DNA of 64,000 nucleotides from the NCBI GenBank assembly GCA_964409555.1, contig CAYPDP010000001.1, positions 3,978 to 67,977 of the forward strand. Reading direction: 5' to 3'. Of this stretch, positions 37,622 to 47,828 are shown piece by piece; the stretch's first letter is position 1, and each line of letters starts with the position of its first letter. The notes below the pieces were generated by a model. That model did not search any database and was not told the DNA's origin. It saw only the letters and a program-made list of their open reading frames with translations. The translations under genes and the position numbers were made by a program. The stretch is from Candidatus Woesearchaeota archaeon (GTDB lineage: Archaea; Nanobdellota; Nanobdellia; Pacearchaeales; GW2011-AR1).

Positions 37622-37657
37622 TAATTTTTAAAAAGAAGAATTGTCTAAATAATTTTA

Positions 37658-38176
37658 ATGGTAAAAGAATTATTAAAAGAATTTTCTGTTGATGATATGT
37701 CTAAAAGTATTAAAGATAGATTAGAAAAAATAAAAAAAGAGAATGAAGATTTAAAAAAATTATCTAAACCTTATGAGAAATTAATAATTCCTTATGAAGC
37801 AATAGTTGGGGAAGTTAGAAATTATAATTTCTCAACAGATCACACTCCTTTAAGCGAGCAAATGTCTGAAGTGGATTATCCATCTTATAAATCAGGATAT
37901 AGAAATGAGTTGGAAATTAATTTAGAGGAGGGTTTAGTTGAGAAACTTATTTTTAAAGGTAATTCTTCGATTGAAAAAGGTAATAAAATTAGAGCTTATA
38001 TTTTTGCAGGTGAAGAAAAGGAACTTCATTTTTTAGGTCATGGAGATGAAAATAATTTAGTTTATATTCCAAGAGATTTTAAAAAACAAGAAATTGCATT
38101 CTATATTCAAAAAATTGATAGACAAACTGGAAAAGTTTTAAGAACAGATTATAGTGTAGATTATTCTGGAAGATAA
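37658..38176 (+). CDS. Hypothetical protein
   Basis: 172-aa ORF with no recognisable domain. Confidence 0.25.
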   Translation: MVKELLKEFSVDDMSKSIKDRLEKIKKENEDLKKLSKPYEKLIIPYEAIVGEVRNYNFSTDHTPLSEQMSEVDYPSYKSGYRNELEINLEEGLVEKLIFKGNSSIEKGNKIRAYIFAGEEKELHFLGHGDENNLVYIPRDFKKQEIAFYIQKIDRQTGKVLRTDYSVDYSGR

Positions 38177-38188
38177 TATTAAAATTAA

Positions 38189-38746
38189 TTAAAAAATTCT
38201 TTCGGAATTATTTTCAATTTGCCAGTCAATGAAACTTCCTAAATTTATTGAACCAGCTTTATCATAATTACAAGCTCTTATTCCTTTGTTATTATTATTT
38301 TTATCTCTTAATTCAAGTCTATATGGTCCAGATATATCTGCTAAATAAATAAGAGGAAAATATGAATTACAAATTTTTGCTCTATTTGTATCCTTTAATT
38401 TAAATACTTTAAATTTTTCTTTGTCATAATTCATTTTATTATAATGTTTTAAAATATCACAAACTAATTCTCTTTCTTTTCTAATATCTCCAAAAGTTTT
38501 TTCAAAAAGGAAATTTATATTTCCTTTTCCTTCATTTCTATCTATAAAATTATAAAAACTCCAAATAAGATCTATATCTTTCCAAATATTTTTTTCATAA
38601 AAACTTGTCATTAAAGAAAAAGATAATTTTGATTTAATTATTATATTTTTAGGAGACAGAGTTTTATTAATATTTATTGAAGAAATTGGTAATTGATTAC
38701 TTTTACTTTTTAAAGCAGTATTTAATAAATAAGGATAGATTTTCAT
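38189..38746 (-). CDS. Hypothetical protein
   Basis: 185-aa ORF with no recognisable domain. Confidence 0.25.
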   Translation of the reverse strand: MKIYPYLLNTALKSKSNQLPISSININKTLSPKNIIIKSKLSFSLMTSFYEKNIWKDIDLIWSFYNFIDRNEGKGNINFLFEKTFGDIRKERELVCDILKHYNKMNYDKEKFKVFKLKDTNRAKICNSYFPLIYLADISGPYRLELRDKNNNNKGIRACNYDKAGSINLGSFIDWQIENNSERIF

Positions 38747-38808
38747 TTTAATAAGATATTAAAAATTTCTTATTTTTTAAAGATTTATTAACTGGAGAAT
38801 ATAATTTT

Positions 38809-40026
38809 TTAAAACCATTTTCTTAAATTTCTTTGGGTTTTGATTTCATTTAAAAGTCTGCTTTTTTGAAGCATTTCTGAAGAATCAAATTTAAACTTCA
38901 TTTTTCCTATTTGAATTACACTATTTTTTAATTCTTTAATACTTTTAAATTCAAATTTTTTATTATTAAGTGCTTTTCTTACACTTTCTCTAACAACCCA
39001 AACACCAAGACTTGCCCAATAACTTGGAGTTTCCAATCTTATAACTAAAACACTTGCCTGTTTTTTTATTTTTTCAAGATATTCTAATATTGGAAGTCTT
39101 GTAGCATAATATCCTCCTACTGTATTTGAAGCATAATTTTTTCTTCCAGAATATCCTTCAAAGTCAGTAGATGCTTTAATCTTTGAAGAAGGATTCCAAG
39201 ATGAGCCAGGAAAATATATTTCAAAAAGTTCATAATTCCAAATATTTGGGAAGAGCATAATTAAATATTGATTACCTATAAATTCTCCAAAAAATAATTC
39301 ATAATTTTCAATCCATTTATAATCTCTAATTTTTTCTAAAAGTTTTTTCCCTATGGTATCATCTGTTGCAGTAATACTCCATTTAGTCGGAACTAATTTT
39401 TTATCTTTTTTTAAACCAAGAACCCCCACACTTAAAATCTTGCTTAAAACATATTCATCAAAATTATTTTTATACAAATCAAGAATTCCTTTTGAAGCTT
39501 TTATTTCATCATTAATTACTCTATCAACTTTTCTATGAATTTTTATATTGCTTGTTATTTTTGCTTTTTTTAATTCTCCTTTAAATCCTTGAGACATAGT
39601 TATTTTATCTCTTTTCCCATCTAAACTTAATTTTCTTTTTAATTCAATTTCAATATCAACTGGTTTTGAAGCAACTGCAATTTCTTGAGCTATTTGAATG
39701 AATTTATTTTTATTTAAACTAGAATCTTTAACTTTCGATTGAAATCTAGAATTTAATAAGCTGTTTCTTAGATTAATGACTTCTTGAATTTTTAAATTTT
39801 TGTTTGCCCAATATTTTGCATTATCATAAATCCAAGCATTTTTATCTTTATTTAGTGGACTAAGAATTCCCACATTTACTAAAGGATATTTTAATTTAGA
39901 ACCTATGAAAATACTTGGTGGAGAATTTGTGTCTAAGTTGGATATTTTTTTTAAATCATTATATTTAAAATTAGTATTTGATATTTTTTTAATTGCCTCA
40001 AATTTAATTTCATCATGATTAACCAT
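38809..40026 (-). CDS. PCNA-binding replication/repair factor, NreA-like (tentative)
   Basis: 405 aa ending in QRNLRKWF, a PIP box with the same pattern as FEN1's QKDLGKWF. Size and position next to radB fit archaeal NreA, which carries a C-terminal PIP. Confidence 0.35.
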   Translation of the reverse strand: MVNHDEIKFEAIKKISNTNFKYNDLKKISNLDTNSPPSIFIGSKLKYPLVNVGILSPLNKDKNAWIYDNAKYWANKNLKIQEVINLRNSLLNSRFQSKVKDSSLNKNKFIQIAQEIAVASKPVDIEIELKRKLSLDGKRDKITMSQGFKGELKKAKITSNIKIHRKVDRVINDEIKASKGILDLYKNNFDEYVLSKILSVGVLGLKKDKKLVPTKWSITATDDTIGKKLLEKIRDYKWIENYELFFGEFIGNQYLIMLFPNIWNYELFEIYFPGSSWNPSSKIKASTDFEGYSGRKNYASNTVGGYYATRLPILEYLEKIKKQASVLVIRLETPSYWASLGVWVVRESVRKALNNKKFEFKSIKELKNSVIQIGKMKFKFDSSEMLQKSRLLNEIKTQRNLRKWF

Positions 40027-40089
40027 TTAATATTATTTGTTTGAAAATTTATTTTTTTAAATTTATTAAATATAATTTATTTTATAAAT

Positions 40090-40836
40090 TTAAATCCATC
40101 TTTTTTTAAAAACACCTTTTTCTCTTATTTCAAAACTTAATTCTTTTTTAGGAAGACTTCTATGTTTTAATAAAATAGCTTTTCTTTTTTCATTATCATT
40201 TTTTAATTCAATTATGCATTTGCTCCAATATTTAAACAAATCTCCTCCAACAATGTTAACTTCTTTTTGAATTCCTTTTTTTTGTTCTTCAAATGTTAAA
40301 AAATTACCATAAACTTGATTGGTAATAATAACTGGTATTTCTTGTTTTCTTGATATTTCTGCGAGCATTCTCATTTGATTTGCAACATTTCTATTTACTT
40401 CTTTAATTTGATATTCTTTTTTGGATTCAATTGCATCACCTAATTCAAGTCTGTAAAGCATAGCCATTCCATCTACAACAATTAATCCTACATGTTTTTT
40501 TTTCACATTTTCTAAAAGTTTTGAGAAACATTTTTTTTGTTCTTCAAAATTTGATGGTTCAAATAAAATAATATTCTCTAATATTTCTTCATTATTTTCA
40601 TTTCCAACAATTTGTTTTACTCTATCTGTTGAAAATCCTCCTTCAGTATCAATAAAAATTACTTTTTTCCCTTTTTTTGCCTGACTGCATGAAGATAAAA
40701 TACACATATTACTTTTTCCAGATCCTGGAGGTCCAACAATCATTGTTATGATGTCTTTTTCATATCCTCCATAAAGCCATTTATTTAAATCAAAACTTCC
40801 AGTAGATATTCTTTCAATTTTATTTTTATATGACAT
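40090..40836 (-). CDS. radB: RecA-superfamily ATPase, RadB-like
   Basis: About 248 aa, Walker A GPPGSGKS, core-only RecA fold without N/C extensions. Confidence 0.55.
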   Translation of the reverse strand: MSYKNKIERISTGSFDLNKWLYGGYEKDIITMIVGPPGSGKSNMCILSSCSQAKKGKKVIFIDTEGGFSTDRVKQIVGNENNEEILENIILFEPSNFEEQKKCFSKLLENVKKKHVGLIVVDGMAMLYRLELGDAIESKKEYQIKEVNRNVANQMRMLAEISRKQEIPVIITNQVYGNFLTFEEQKKGIQKEVNIVGGDLFKYWSKCIIELKNDNEKRKAILLKHRSLPKKELSFEIREKGVFKKRWI

Positions 40837-40867
40837 GATGAATAAGAATTAATTGTATTAATAAGGA

Positions 40868-41119
40868 TTATTGTAATGCTTTAGATTCTTGAACTAATTT
40901 AAATGTTTGAGTACTATAAATACCACCTACTCCTTTTAATTTAAGTACTAAATTTTCTTGAGATTTTCCTTGACAAGGATATATTATATATTTTTCAATA
41001 GTATAATTAAGTCCTTTTTTTATATGAGGTCCTTCATTTTTTAATGCAATTAATTCTACTCCTGAGAGATAAATATCTGATTCACTTTTTAAACCTAAAT
41101 GATGACTTCTACCTACCAT
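40868..41119 (-). CDS. Possible ribosomal protein L35Ae (tentative)
   Basis: 83 aa. Pattern GRSHHLGLKSESDIYLSGVELIALKNEG...GKSQENLVLKLKGV loosely matches L35Ae (RRSK..QH.N..L.KIEGV...EA..Y.GKRV). Confidence 0.25.
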   Translation of the reverse strand: MVGRSHHLGLKSESDIYLSGVELIALKNEGPHIKKGLNYTIEKYIIYPCQGKSQENLVLKLKGVGGIYSTQTFKLVQESKALQ

Positions 41120-41164
41120 AAAAAATATAATAATTAATATTTTATAAATTTATATGTGTTTTAT

Positions 41165-41428
41165 TTATTTTAATTTAGAAAAATCGCCTGAAACTTTGTT
41201 CAAATCTTTGATTATTGAAGAAACTGCATCATCTATTGCTTTTTTAGGATTTTTTCCTTTTGTTTTCACAGAAAGAATTGGATTTTCAGTAGGATGTTCA
41301 TATTTCCATGCAGAGAAAGTTACAGATGAGTCTTTATTTAAATAAACTCTTAGTATTTCAACTAAAGTTAAATTATCTACTTGCAATTCAATCTCATCTT
41401 TTGAACTTTTAAGAATATTTATTTCCAT
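41165..41428 (-). CDS. rpoL: DNA-directed RNA polymerase subunit L (Rpb11 homolog)
   Basis: MEINILKSSKDEIELQVDNLTLVEILRVYLNKDSSVTFSAWKYEHP aligns closely with archaeal RpoL. Confidence 0.75.
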   Translation of the reverse strand: MEINILKSSKDEIELQVDNLTLVEILRVYLNKDSSVTFSAWKYEHPTENPILSVKTKGKNPKKAIDDAVSSIIKDLNKVSGDFSKLK

Positions 41429-41467
41429 AATAAAGTTGGTTAAAATTCATTTATAAAGGTTTTTATT

Positions 41468-42262
41468 TTATTGGTCTTCTTTTTTATTCTTTTTCCAGAA
41501 AATTAAATTTTTAAATTTTTTCTTAACTGATTTTTCATTATTATTTTCATTTTCAGAATCATTCATAAGTTCTTTTTCAAATTCTTCTTCATTAATATTT
41601 TCAGAAGTATCTTTTTTATTTATCCTTTTCAAATCATAAATTGTCATATTTTTAGATTTTATTGGATTAAATATAATTTCTTTGTTTTCAGATATTATTT
41701 CTGATTCTATTATATTTTCTTTTAATAATTTTATTTTTAGAAAAATTTCAATTTTTCTTAGGATATCATAATAATTATTGGGGAGAATTCCTTTTTCTGC
41801 CATTTTTATTATAGATTCTGGTTCTTTAATTTCTCTAGCAAGTTGTTCTTGAGTAATTTTTTTTGATCTTCTAGCCCTCATAATTATCCAATGAAAATTA
41901 TCAACAATTTTTTCTTTATCTTTGGATGAGAAATTAAATTCATTATTTTTTTTAAAATATTTTTTTTCAACAATATCTCTTAAAGAAAAATCTTGTTTTT
42001 CTATTAATTTTGTTTTTTTTATATTTCTTATTTTTTCTTTATGAGCTTCAGGGTTTTTTATACCTGCAACTTTGGAGAGTCTTTCATAAACTGATTCTTT
42101 CTTATCAATTTTTTCAAGTTGGAGATTATTTATTTTTTTTATAATTGGAATATTTTCTTTATAAGAACATTTTCTACAAATATTTACAATATCTTTTCCA
42201 AAAATACCCTCTAATAAATTAGTATCTTTTTCAGAAATATTACATTTGAAACATTTATTCAT
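41468..42262 (-). CDS. Zn-ribbon plus XRE-type HTH protein (MBF1-like) with a long acidic C-terminal extension
   Basis: N-terminal CFKCN...CRKCS, then HTH KKITQEQLAREIKEPESIIKMAEKG. About 100 extra C-terminal residues compared with typical aMBF1. Confidence 0.4.
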   Translation of the reverse strand: MNKCFKCNISEKDTNLLEGIFGKDIVNICRKCSYKENIPIIKKINNLQLEKIDKKESVYERLSKVAGIKNPEAHKEKIRNIKKTKLIEKQDFSLRDIVEKKYFKKNNEFNFSSKDKEKIVDNFHWIIMRARRSKKITQEQLAREIKEPESIIKMAEKGILPNNYYDILRKIEIFLKIKLLKENIIESEIISENKEIIFNPIKSKNMTIYDLKRINKKDTSENINEEEFEKELMNDSENENNNEKSVKKKFKNLIFWKKNKKEDQ

Positions 42263-42344
42263 TCTTTATTATTTTTATATTAGTTTTTTAATATTTATGT
42301 TGTAGAAAATAGATTATATTATTGAATTATTTACTGAGAATGAA

Positions 42345-42998
42345 TTAAATAAGATATTTTCCAACTTTTTCTAGTGAATCTGTATTTTCTACAACAAATT
42401 TTTCATTAATAAGAATTGATGGAACTTTTTTAACATTATATTTTTTCATTAAAATTTTTAAAGATTCAACATTAGTATCTGTTGCTATTGGAAGTAAAAT
42501 TATATTTTCCTCATATTTTTCTTTTAAATCAAATAAAAAGTTACTCATTGTTCCTTGGAGAACTTTTAATTCTAAGCTAGGATCTTTATATTGATAAAAA
42601 TATACAACTGTATTGAATTTACTATCGCAATTTTTTTTATTTTCAATAATTCTTTTCCAAAGTAATGTTCTTAAAAGATCATATCTTTTATGAAGAGCAA
42701 TTTGTTCTGTAGTTATTTTATTTGAATCTTCGTATTTACCTAATTTTACAGCTTCTTTATAAATTTTATCTGCAAAAAAGACGCTTTCATTTTTTATTAT
42801 TTTGCAAGATTCATTATTTTCATATATTATTTTTGAAGATAAATCAAAATCAAAAAAATCTGTTTCAGATTTAAAATAAGTTTCTTTCATTTGATCAATT
42901 CTCGAATTTTCAAAAATAACCCCTATCATAATTCCCATAAAAAATATTATTAATGCTACTACTAATGCTTGCCAAAAAGTGTGTTTATTGTTTAACAT
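42345..42998 (-). CDS. Hypothetical membrane-anchored protein (start trimmed to the internal Met after the GT2 stop)
   Basis: The ORF track gives 42345..43067, overlapping the GT2 end. The internal Met MLNNKHTFWQALVVALIIFFMGIMIG at 42998 gives a TM helix at the N-terminus. Confidence 0.3.
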   Translation of the reverse strand: MLNNKHTFWQALVVALIIFFMGIMIGVIFENSRIDQMKETYFKSETDFFDFDLSSKIIYENNESCKIIKNESVFFADKIYKEAVKLGKYEDSNKITTEQIALHKRYDLLRTLLWKRIIENKKNCDSKFNTVVYFYQYKDPSLELKVLQGTMSNFLFDLKEKYEENIILLPIATDTNVESLKILMKKYNVKKVPSILINEKFVVENTDSLEKVGKYLI

Positions 42999-42999
42999 T

Positions 43000-44232
43000 T
43001 TACCATCTATAATCTTTTCTAATATATCTATATATTGAAGTAATCCAAATGAAGGGGTATATTGCAAGATATACTAAAATATAAAAAACAAGGTTAAAAA
43101 ATCTTTTTATTGTTAATTTTTCTTCATATTTTGTTTTATATAGCACATAATTATAATAAATAATTGAACTGCTGAAAAGAATGATTAGATAAAAAAATAA
43201 AATTGATGGATAAAAATTAATTTGCTGAAAATGAAAAATTGAAATATTTGAAGATATTGAAGATGTTGCAATTAAAAAAGAGGTTATAAATGAATTTAAA
43301 ATTAAATAAACTGAAAAGAGAAATCCAAATAAACTTAAAATAATACTAAAAAATACAAAAGGTAGAATAAATGTTCCAAACATTCCTTTTTTAAAGAATA
43401 TTTTTTTATATTTGGAAATTGCCTGTAATCCTCCAAGACCCCATCTAACTCTTTGATTATACCATTTTTTAAATTTGTGCGGGACAATTGTTGAAACTTT
43501 TGCATCTAAACACATAGCAGTCTTATAATTATGGCTAAGCATATTCCAAGTTATGTCAATATCTTCTGTAACAGATTTAGGATCAAATCCCCCAACTTTT
43601 AAAAGATGTTTTTTATTATATACACTTAATGGTCCATTTGTAACATAAACACTATCAACGAAATCTAGGAGTTTTCTTGCCCATCCTAAAATCATATATT
43701 CTAAAGATTGAATTTTTGCGAATAAATTTTGGTTTTTATTTCTTACTTCAACAAAAGAAGTTACTGCACCCATATTAGGGTTATTGAAATAACCTGTTAA
43801 TTTTCTTAAAGAATCTTTTGATGGAAAACTATCTGAATCAACTACTGCAATTAATTCACCTTGGGATATTTTAATTCCTTGATTAAGAGAATCTGCTTTT
43901 CCAGAATTTTCTTTATTGATTAATTTTAAATTAGGATATTTTGAAATTAATTTTTCTACAATTTTTTTAGTTTTATCTGTACTTCCATCATTTATTACAA
44001 TAACTTCTATTTTATCTTTTGGATAATTTAATTCCATTACATGTTTAATTGTTTCTTCTATACTTTTTTCTTCATTATATCCTGGAATTAAAATACTTAC
44101 AGAATAATCTTTTTTTGGGGTTGGATATAAAAATAATTTATCTTTATTTTTTAATGTTAAAATTATAAAAAAAGACATCATATATAATGCTATAAACATT
44201 AGAGCTAAATAAATTATTATTATTATTTCCAA
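43000..44232 (-). CDS. Processive family-2 glycosyltransferase (cellulose/chitin-synthase-like) with a C-terminal TM domain
   Basis: GT-A motifs (SILIPGYNEE; INDGSTD; VVDSDS) and QRVRW (QxxRW), followed by several TM helices. Confidence 0.75.
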   Translation of the reverse strand: MEIIIIIYLALMFIALYMMSFFIILTLKNKDKLFLYPTPKKDYSVSILIPGYNEEKSIEETIKHVMELNYPKDKIEVIVINDGSTDKTKKIVEKLISKYPNLKLINKENSGKADSLNQGIKISQGELIAVVDSDSFPSKDSLRKLTGYFNNPNMGAVTSFVEVRNKNQNLFAKIQSLEYMILGWARKLLDFVDSVYVTNGPLSVYNKKHLLKVGGFDPKSVTEDIDITWNMLSHNYKTAMCLDAKVSTIVPHKFKKWYNQRVRWGLGGLQAISKYKKIFFKKGMFGTFILPFVFFSIILSLFGFLFSVYLILNSFITSFLIATSSISSNISIFHFQQINFYPSILFFYLIILFSSSIIYYNYVLYKTKYEEKLTIKRFFNLVFYILVYLAIYPFIWITSIYRYIRKDYRW

Positions 44233-44233
44233 A

Positions 44234-44842
44234 TTAATTTCCTTCTTTTTTTAGTTCATTTTTTTTCTGATTTGATTCATCTTTTTTTTCTAAATTTTTA
44301 TTTTCATCAAAAATATTTTCACCATTTTCTTTTTCAACAAAATTAAAGTAATCATAAAAATCATCACTTAAACTTAATTCGTTAGTGTGTCCCATTCTTT
44401 TCTTTTTTATTAATTTTAAATCAGAGAATTTTTTTATATGGTCATAAGCTTTGTTACCTCTTATTTTAATTATTACAGATTGTTTTATTGGTTGTTTGTA
44501 TGCTATTATTGCAAGAGTTTCTTGTTCAGCTTTAGTGAATTCTGAAGAGCCTGTAGCAAGTTTATTTATTACACTTGTAAATTCATTTCTAACATCCATT
44601 TTCCAAAGTTTATTTTTTTTAACAATTTCCATTGCAGAATCTGTTTGGTCGTATTTTTCTTGTAATTTTTCTATTAATTCATGAATTATTATTGGGTTTA
44701 TGTCTGTAAGAGAAATTAATTCAGGCATATTTAGGAATCTTCCAGAAATAAAAAAAACTGCCTCTAATTTTTTTAAATTTTCTTTTTCAATAGATTCGTC
44801 AATTTCATTAATTGTTTTTGAAGAGATATCACTATAATTCAT
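44234..44842 (-). CDS. scpB: Segregation and condensation protein B-like (ScpB)
   Basis: LEAVFFISGRFLNMPEL and ETLAIIAYKQPIKQSVIIKIRG match the two ScpB winged helices. No scpA seen nearby. Confidence 0.5.
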   Translation of the reverse strand: MNYSDISSKTINEIDESIEKENLKKLEAVFFISGRFLNMPELISLTDINPIIIHELIEKLQEKYDQTDSAMEIVKKNKLWKMDVRNEFTSVINKLATGSSEFTKAEQETLAIIAYKQPIKQSVIIKIRGNKAYDHIKKFSDLKLIKKKRMGHTNELSLSDDFYDYFNFVEKENGENIFDENKNLEKKDESNQKKNELKKEGN

Positions 44843-44944
44843 AAAGTATGAAAATAAAACTATATTTTAAATATTGTGATTGTTAAATTATAATAATAAG
44901 TTATTTAAATTAAATATTATTTATTTTTATAAGGAGGTGAGAAT

Positions 44945-45127
44945 ATGAAGTGTAATGTTGGTAAAAAAGAGAAATTGATAAGAATTATTATTGCTGTTAT
45001 TGCATTGGTACTTGGTTTTTATATAACTCCTTGGTTTTATATAATTACTTTAATAGGGTTTGTAACAGCAATAATAGGATTTTGTCCAATTACTAAAGTT
45101 TTAGGTATAAATACTTGTAAAAAATAA
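44945..45127 (+). CDS. Small membrane protein, DUF2892 (YgaP-like)
   Basis: 60 aa with two TM helices and a GFCPI motif. Strong SD AAGGAGGTG upstream. Confidence 0.45.
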   Translation: MKCNVGKKEKLIRIIIAVIALVLGFYITPWFYIITLIGFVTAIIGFCPITKVLGINTCKK

Positions 45128-45179
45128 TACTAATTTTTTAATTAGTAATCTTTAAATAGTTTATTTTTTTATATAATTT

Positions 45180-45569
45180 ATGAAAAAAGAATTTTTAAAT
45201 AAATATTTTCCATTAATTTCAAGAATTTTGATTTCAGCTATTTTTATAATTTCGGGAATTGGAAAAATAACAAATTTTCAGGCAACTTTGGGATTTATGA
45301 ATTCAGTTGGATTTCCAATTACTATTGTTTTTCTTATTTTAGCAATAATATTTGAATTAGTTGGAGGTATTTCTATTTTAATAGGATATTATTCTAAAAT
45401 AGGTTCAATATCACTGATAATATTTACTATTTTAGCAACATTAATATTTCACATAAATTTTGCAGATCAGAATCAAATAATTATGCTTCTTAAAAATTTA
45501 GCAATAATTGGAGGACTTTTATTGATAGTTGTTAATGGTTCAGGACCATTTAGTGTTAATAAAAAGTAG
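45180..45569 (+). CDS. DoxX-family membrane protein
   Basis: RILISAIFIISGIGKITNF and a four-TM topology typical of DoxX. Confidence 0.6.
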   Translation: MKKEFLNKYFPLISRILISAIFIISGIGKITNFQATLGFMNSVGFPITIVFLILAIIFELVGGISILIGYYSKIGSISLIIFTILATLIFHINFADQNQIIMLLKNLAIIGGLLLIVVNGSGPFSVNKK

Positions 45570-45593
45570 ATTTTTTTAATATAATCTTTTAAA

Positions 45594-46028
45594 ATGATAA
45601 ATAAAAATTTTTTTATAAATTATGATAATAAAGATTTATGGAATTTTATTTTTTCAATAATTTTTATTTTATTAGTTATTATTTTTTCAAATTTTATTTT
45701 AAAAAAAGGAATTTTAATAAAATTAAAATATTTTGATTTTCTTTTAATATCTATTGCTACTTTTAGAATGATAAGACTTTTTACATATGATAAGATAATG
45801 TCTTTTTTTAGAAAAATATTTGAAGGAAAGAAAAATGGTCTGTTAAATACTATTCATGAATTATTAATTTGTCCTTGGTGTACTGGAATCTGGGCAGCTT
45901 TAATTATTTTGGCATTATATTCTTTTTCTTTTGTTGGAAAAATATTAGTAATTATCCTTGCTATTGCAGGTGTTGGAAGTTTTATTCAAATATTAGCAAA
46001 TATGATTTCTAGAATTGGAAATAAATAA
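45594..46028 (+). CDS. Hypothetical membrane protein with a CPWCTGIW motif (DUF1360-like)
   Basis: Three to four TM helices and a conserved-looking CxWC motif. Confidence 0.3.
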   Translation: MINKNFFINYDNKDLWNFIFSIIFILLVIIFSNFILKKGILIKLKYFDFLLISIATFRMIRLFTYDKIMSFFRKIFEGKKNGLLNTIHELLICPWCTGIWAALIILALYSFSFVGKILVIILAIAGVGSFIQILANMISRIGNK

Positions 46029-46079
46029 TATATATTAAATAAAACAAATTTTTAAATATGGCAAATTTGATTAAAATAT

Positions 46080-46694
46080 ATGTTATCTTCATCAGAAAAA
46101 AAATATAATTTATTTAATTTAAAAATTAAGATGATTGGTTGGAAAGGTCCTTTTGATGCACCTCAAAGATTAAATATATCTGATAGAATCCTAAAAGATC
46201 TCAAAAGAGATAATCATATAGATTGTAATGGAAAATTAAATTCAGGATATATCTCTGGACTTCATACTTATGACTGTGAACTGAATTTAAGAGAAATAAG
46301 TGATCCAACATCGTTTTCCTTAAAAATTCCAATTATTCCTAAATATTCTGATTTGTTTCTTATAAAAAAAGGTGATATTTTTATTTCCGAATCTGTTTTT
46401 TTTCCATATGCCTTGGGAGATAAAATTTTTGAATCTGGAGAATCTTTGGGTTTTTTAGGGAAAAAAATATTTGATAATCTTCCTTTAAGGAATTTAGATA
46501 AGGTTTATGAAGGAATTTCTAAAGATAACAATATTCTAAGATTTAATGTATTAGAGAAAGAAGCTTTAAAACATGGAATAAAATTAAAATCTTCTAAAGG
46601 AAATATGGATGAGATATTAAAAAGATTAGAAAAAGTATATCTTTGTTCTTTTTATACACAAGATATTTCATCAATACTACTTCCTTTTTCTTAA
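46080..46694 (+). CDS. Hypothetical protein
   Basis: 204-aa ORF with no domain recognised. Confidence 0.25.
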   Translation: MLSSSEKKYNLFNLKIKMIGWKGPFDAPQRLNISDRILKDLKRDNHIDCNGKLNSGYISGLHTYDCELNLREISDPTSFSLKIPIIPKYSDLFLIKKGDIFISESVFFPYALGDKIFESGESLGFLGKKIFDNLPLRNLDKVYEGISKDNNILRFNVLEKEALKHGIKLKSSKGNMDEILKRLEKVYLCSFYTQDISSILLPFS

Positions 46695-47779
46695 ATTTTA
46701 AATCTTAAAACTGCCCCAATTCCTGATAAATTTTTAAATTGTTCTCCTTCAGATGTTTCTAAAGAAATAATTTCTACTTTTGATGAAGTACTTTCTGCTA
46801 TTTTTTTTAATTCTCTTAATGTTTCTTTTTCAGTATCTTTTGATAATAATAATGTTTCAACTGCACCATACTCTAAGGCTTTTCTAACATTTTCTTCTTT
46901 ATAGGCTGCCAAATAAGGTTTTTCTCCGAGTGTTTCAAAGAATTTTTCTAATACTTTTTTTTCATGTATTATTTCTTGATTTGCAAGTATGTCTTGTGAT
47001 TTTTGAACAAGTTCTTTAAGGCCGTGTTTATTTGTATCACCAACATCAATTCTTCCAATAAGTTTATTTCTTAATTGAGTTATCATATATTTCCCTTCTA
47101 CGAATTCATCTTTTGTAGGTATTGGTCCCCCAACAAGAATTCCTTTGAGTTTGGGATTTTCAAAAAATATTTCTTTCATATTCTCTGCAATTCTTTTATA
47201 AAATTCTTTAGTAAGACCTTCTGTAATTCTATGAAATCTTTGACTTGACTGACCTCCTGCTTTAACTTTTCCTGGAATTCCAGAAGTTATATGGTGGATT
47301 AATTCAATTCTTTTCCCTTCTAATATACCTATTGTTGCTTCTTTCCTATCCATAACAAGTAATCCAAAAATCTCTTTTACTTCTAACATTTCTTTTAAAG
47401 GATCTAAAACAAATTCCTTATCACACCTATACATTCTTATTTTCAAAGGCAGAGGAGGTTCTATGTTCCATAATTCCAAATCTTCTTGTCCTTCCACATT
47501 GCTAATATTTCCACAAAAGAGAGCAATTCCATTTTCAGGAGTTTTTTTATAATTTTTTAATTCTCTTGTTATTTTATCTAAAGCATTACTCACATTTTTT
47601 CTTGTTGAAGTGCTTTTAATATTTTTTGCAGTTCCTTTTTCAGCCTCTAATTGATCTGATACAGTATGAATATTTTGTCCTGAAGGAACGAAAACAGTTA
47701 TTAGTTCTGTAGCCCTTCCTTTATACTCTTCAAGTTTTTCAATTAATTCTTCAAGTTCTATTTTGGTTAATTCAGTCAT
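46691..47779 (-). CDS. prf1: Peptide chain release factor aRF1 (start trimmed to MTELTK)
   Basis: NIKS and GGQ motifs (TAKNIKSTS; KVKAGGQSSQRF). The track ORF extends to 47884, overlapping valS. An internal ATG at 47779 with an AT-rich promoter upstream fits better. Confidence 0.8.
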   Translation of the reverse strand: MTELTKIELEELIEKLEEYKGRATELITVFVPSGQNIHTVSDQLEAEKGTAKNIKSTSTRKNVSNALDKITRELKNYKKTPENGIALFCGNISNVEGQEDLELWNIEPPLPLKIRMYRCDKEFVLDPLKEMLEVKEIFGLLVMDRKEATIGILEGKRIELIHHITSGIPGKVKAGGQSSQRFHRITEGLTKEFYKRIAENMKEIFFENPKLKGILVGGPIPTKDEFVEGKYMITQLRNKLIGRIDVGDTNKHGLKELVQKSQDILANQEIIHEKKVLEKFFETLGEKPYLAAYKEENVRKALEYGAVETLLLSKDTEKETLRELKKIAESTSSKVEIISLETSEGEQFKNLSGIGAVLRFKI

Positions 47780-47828
47780 ATTATAGAAAGAAATAATGTA
47801 TTTATAAAATGCGTGTAATTTATTGATA

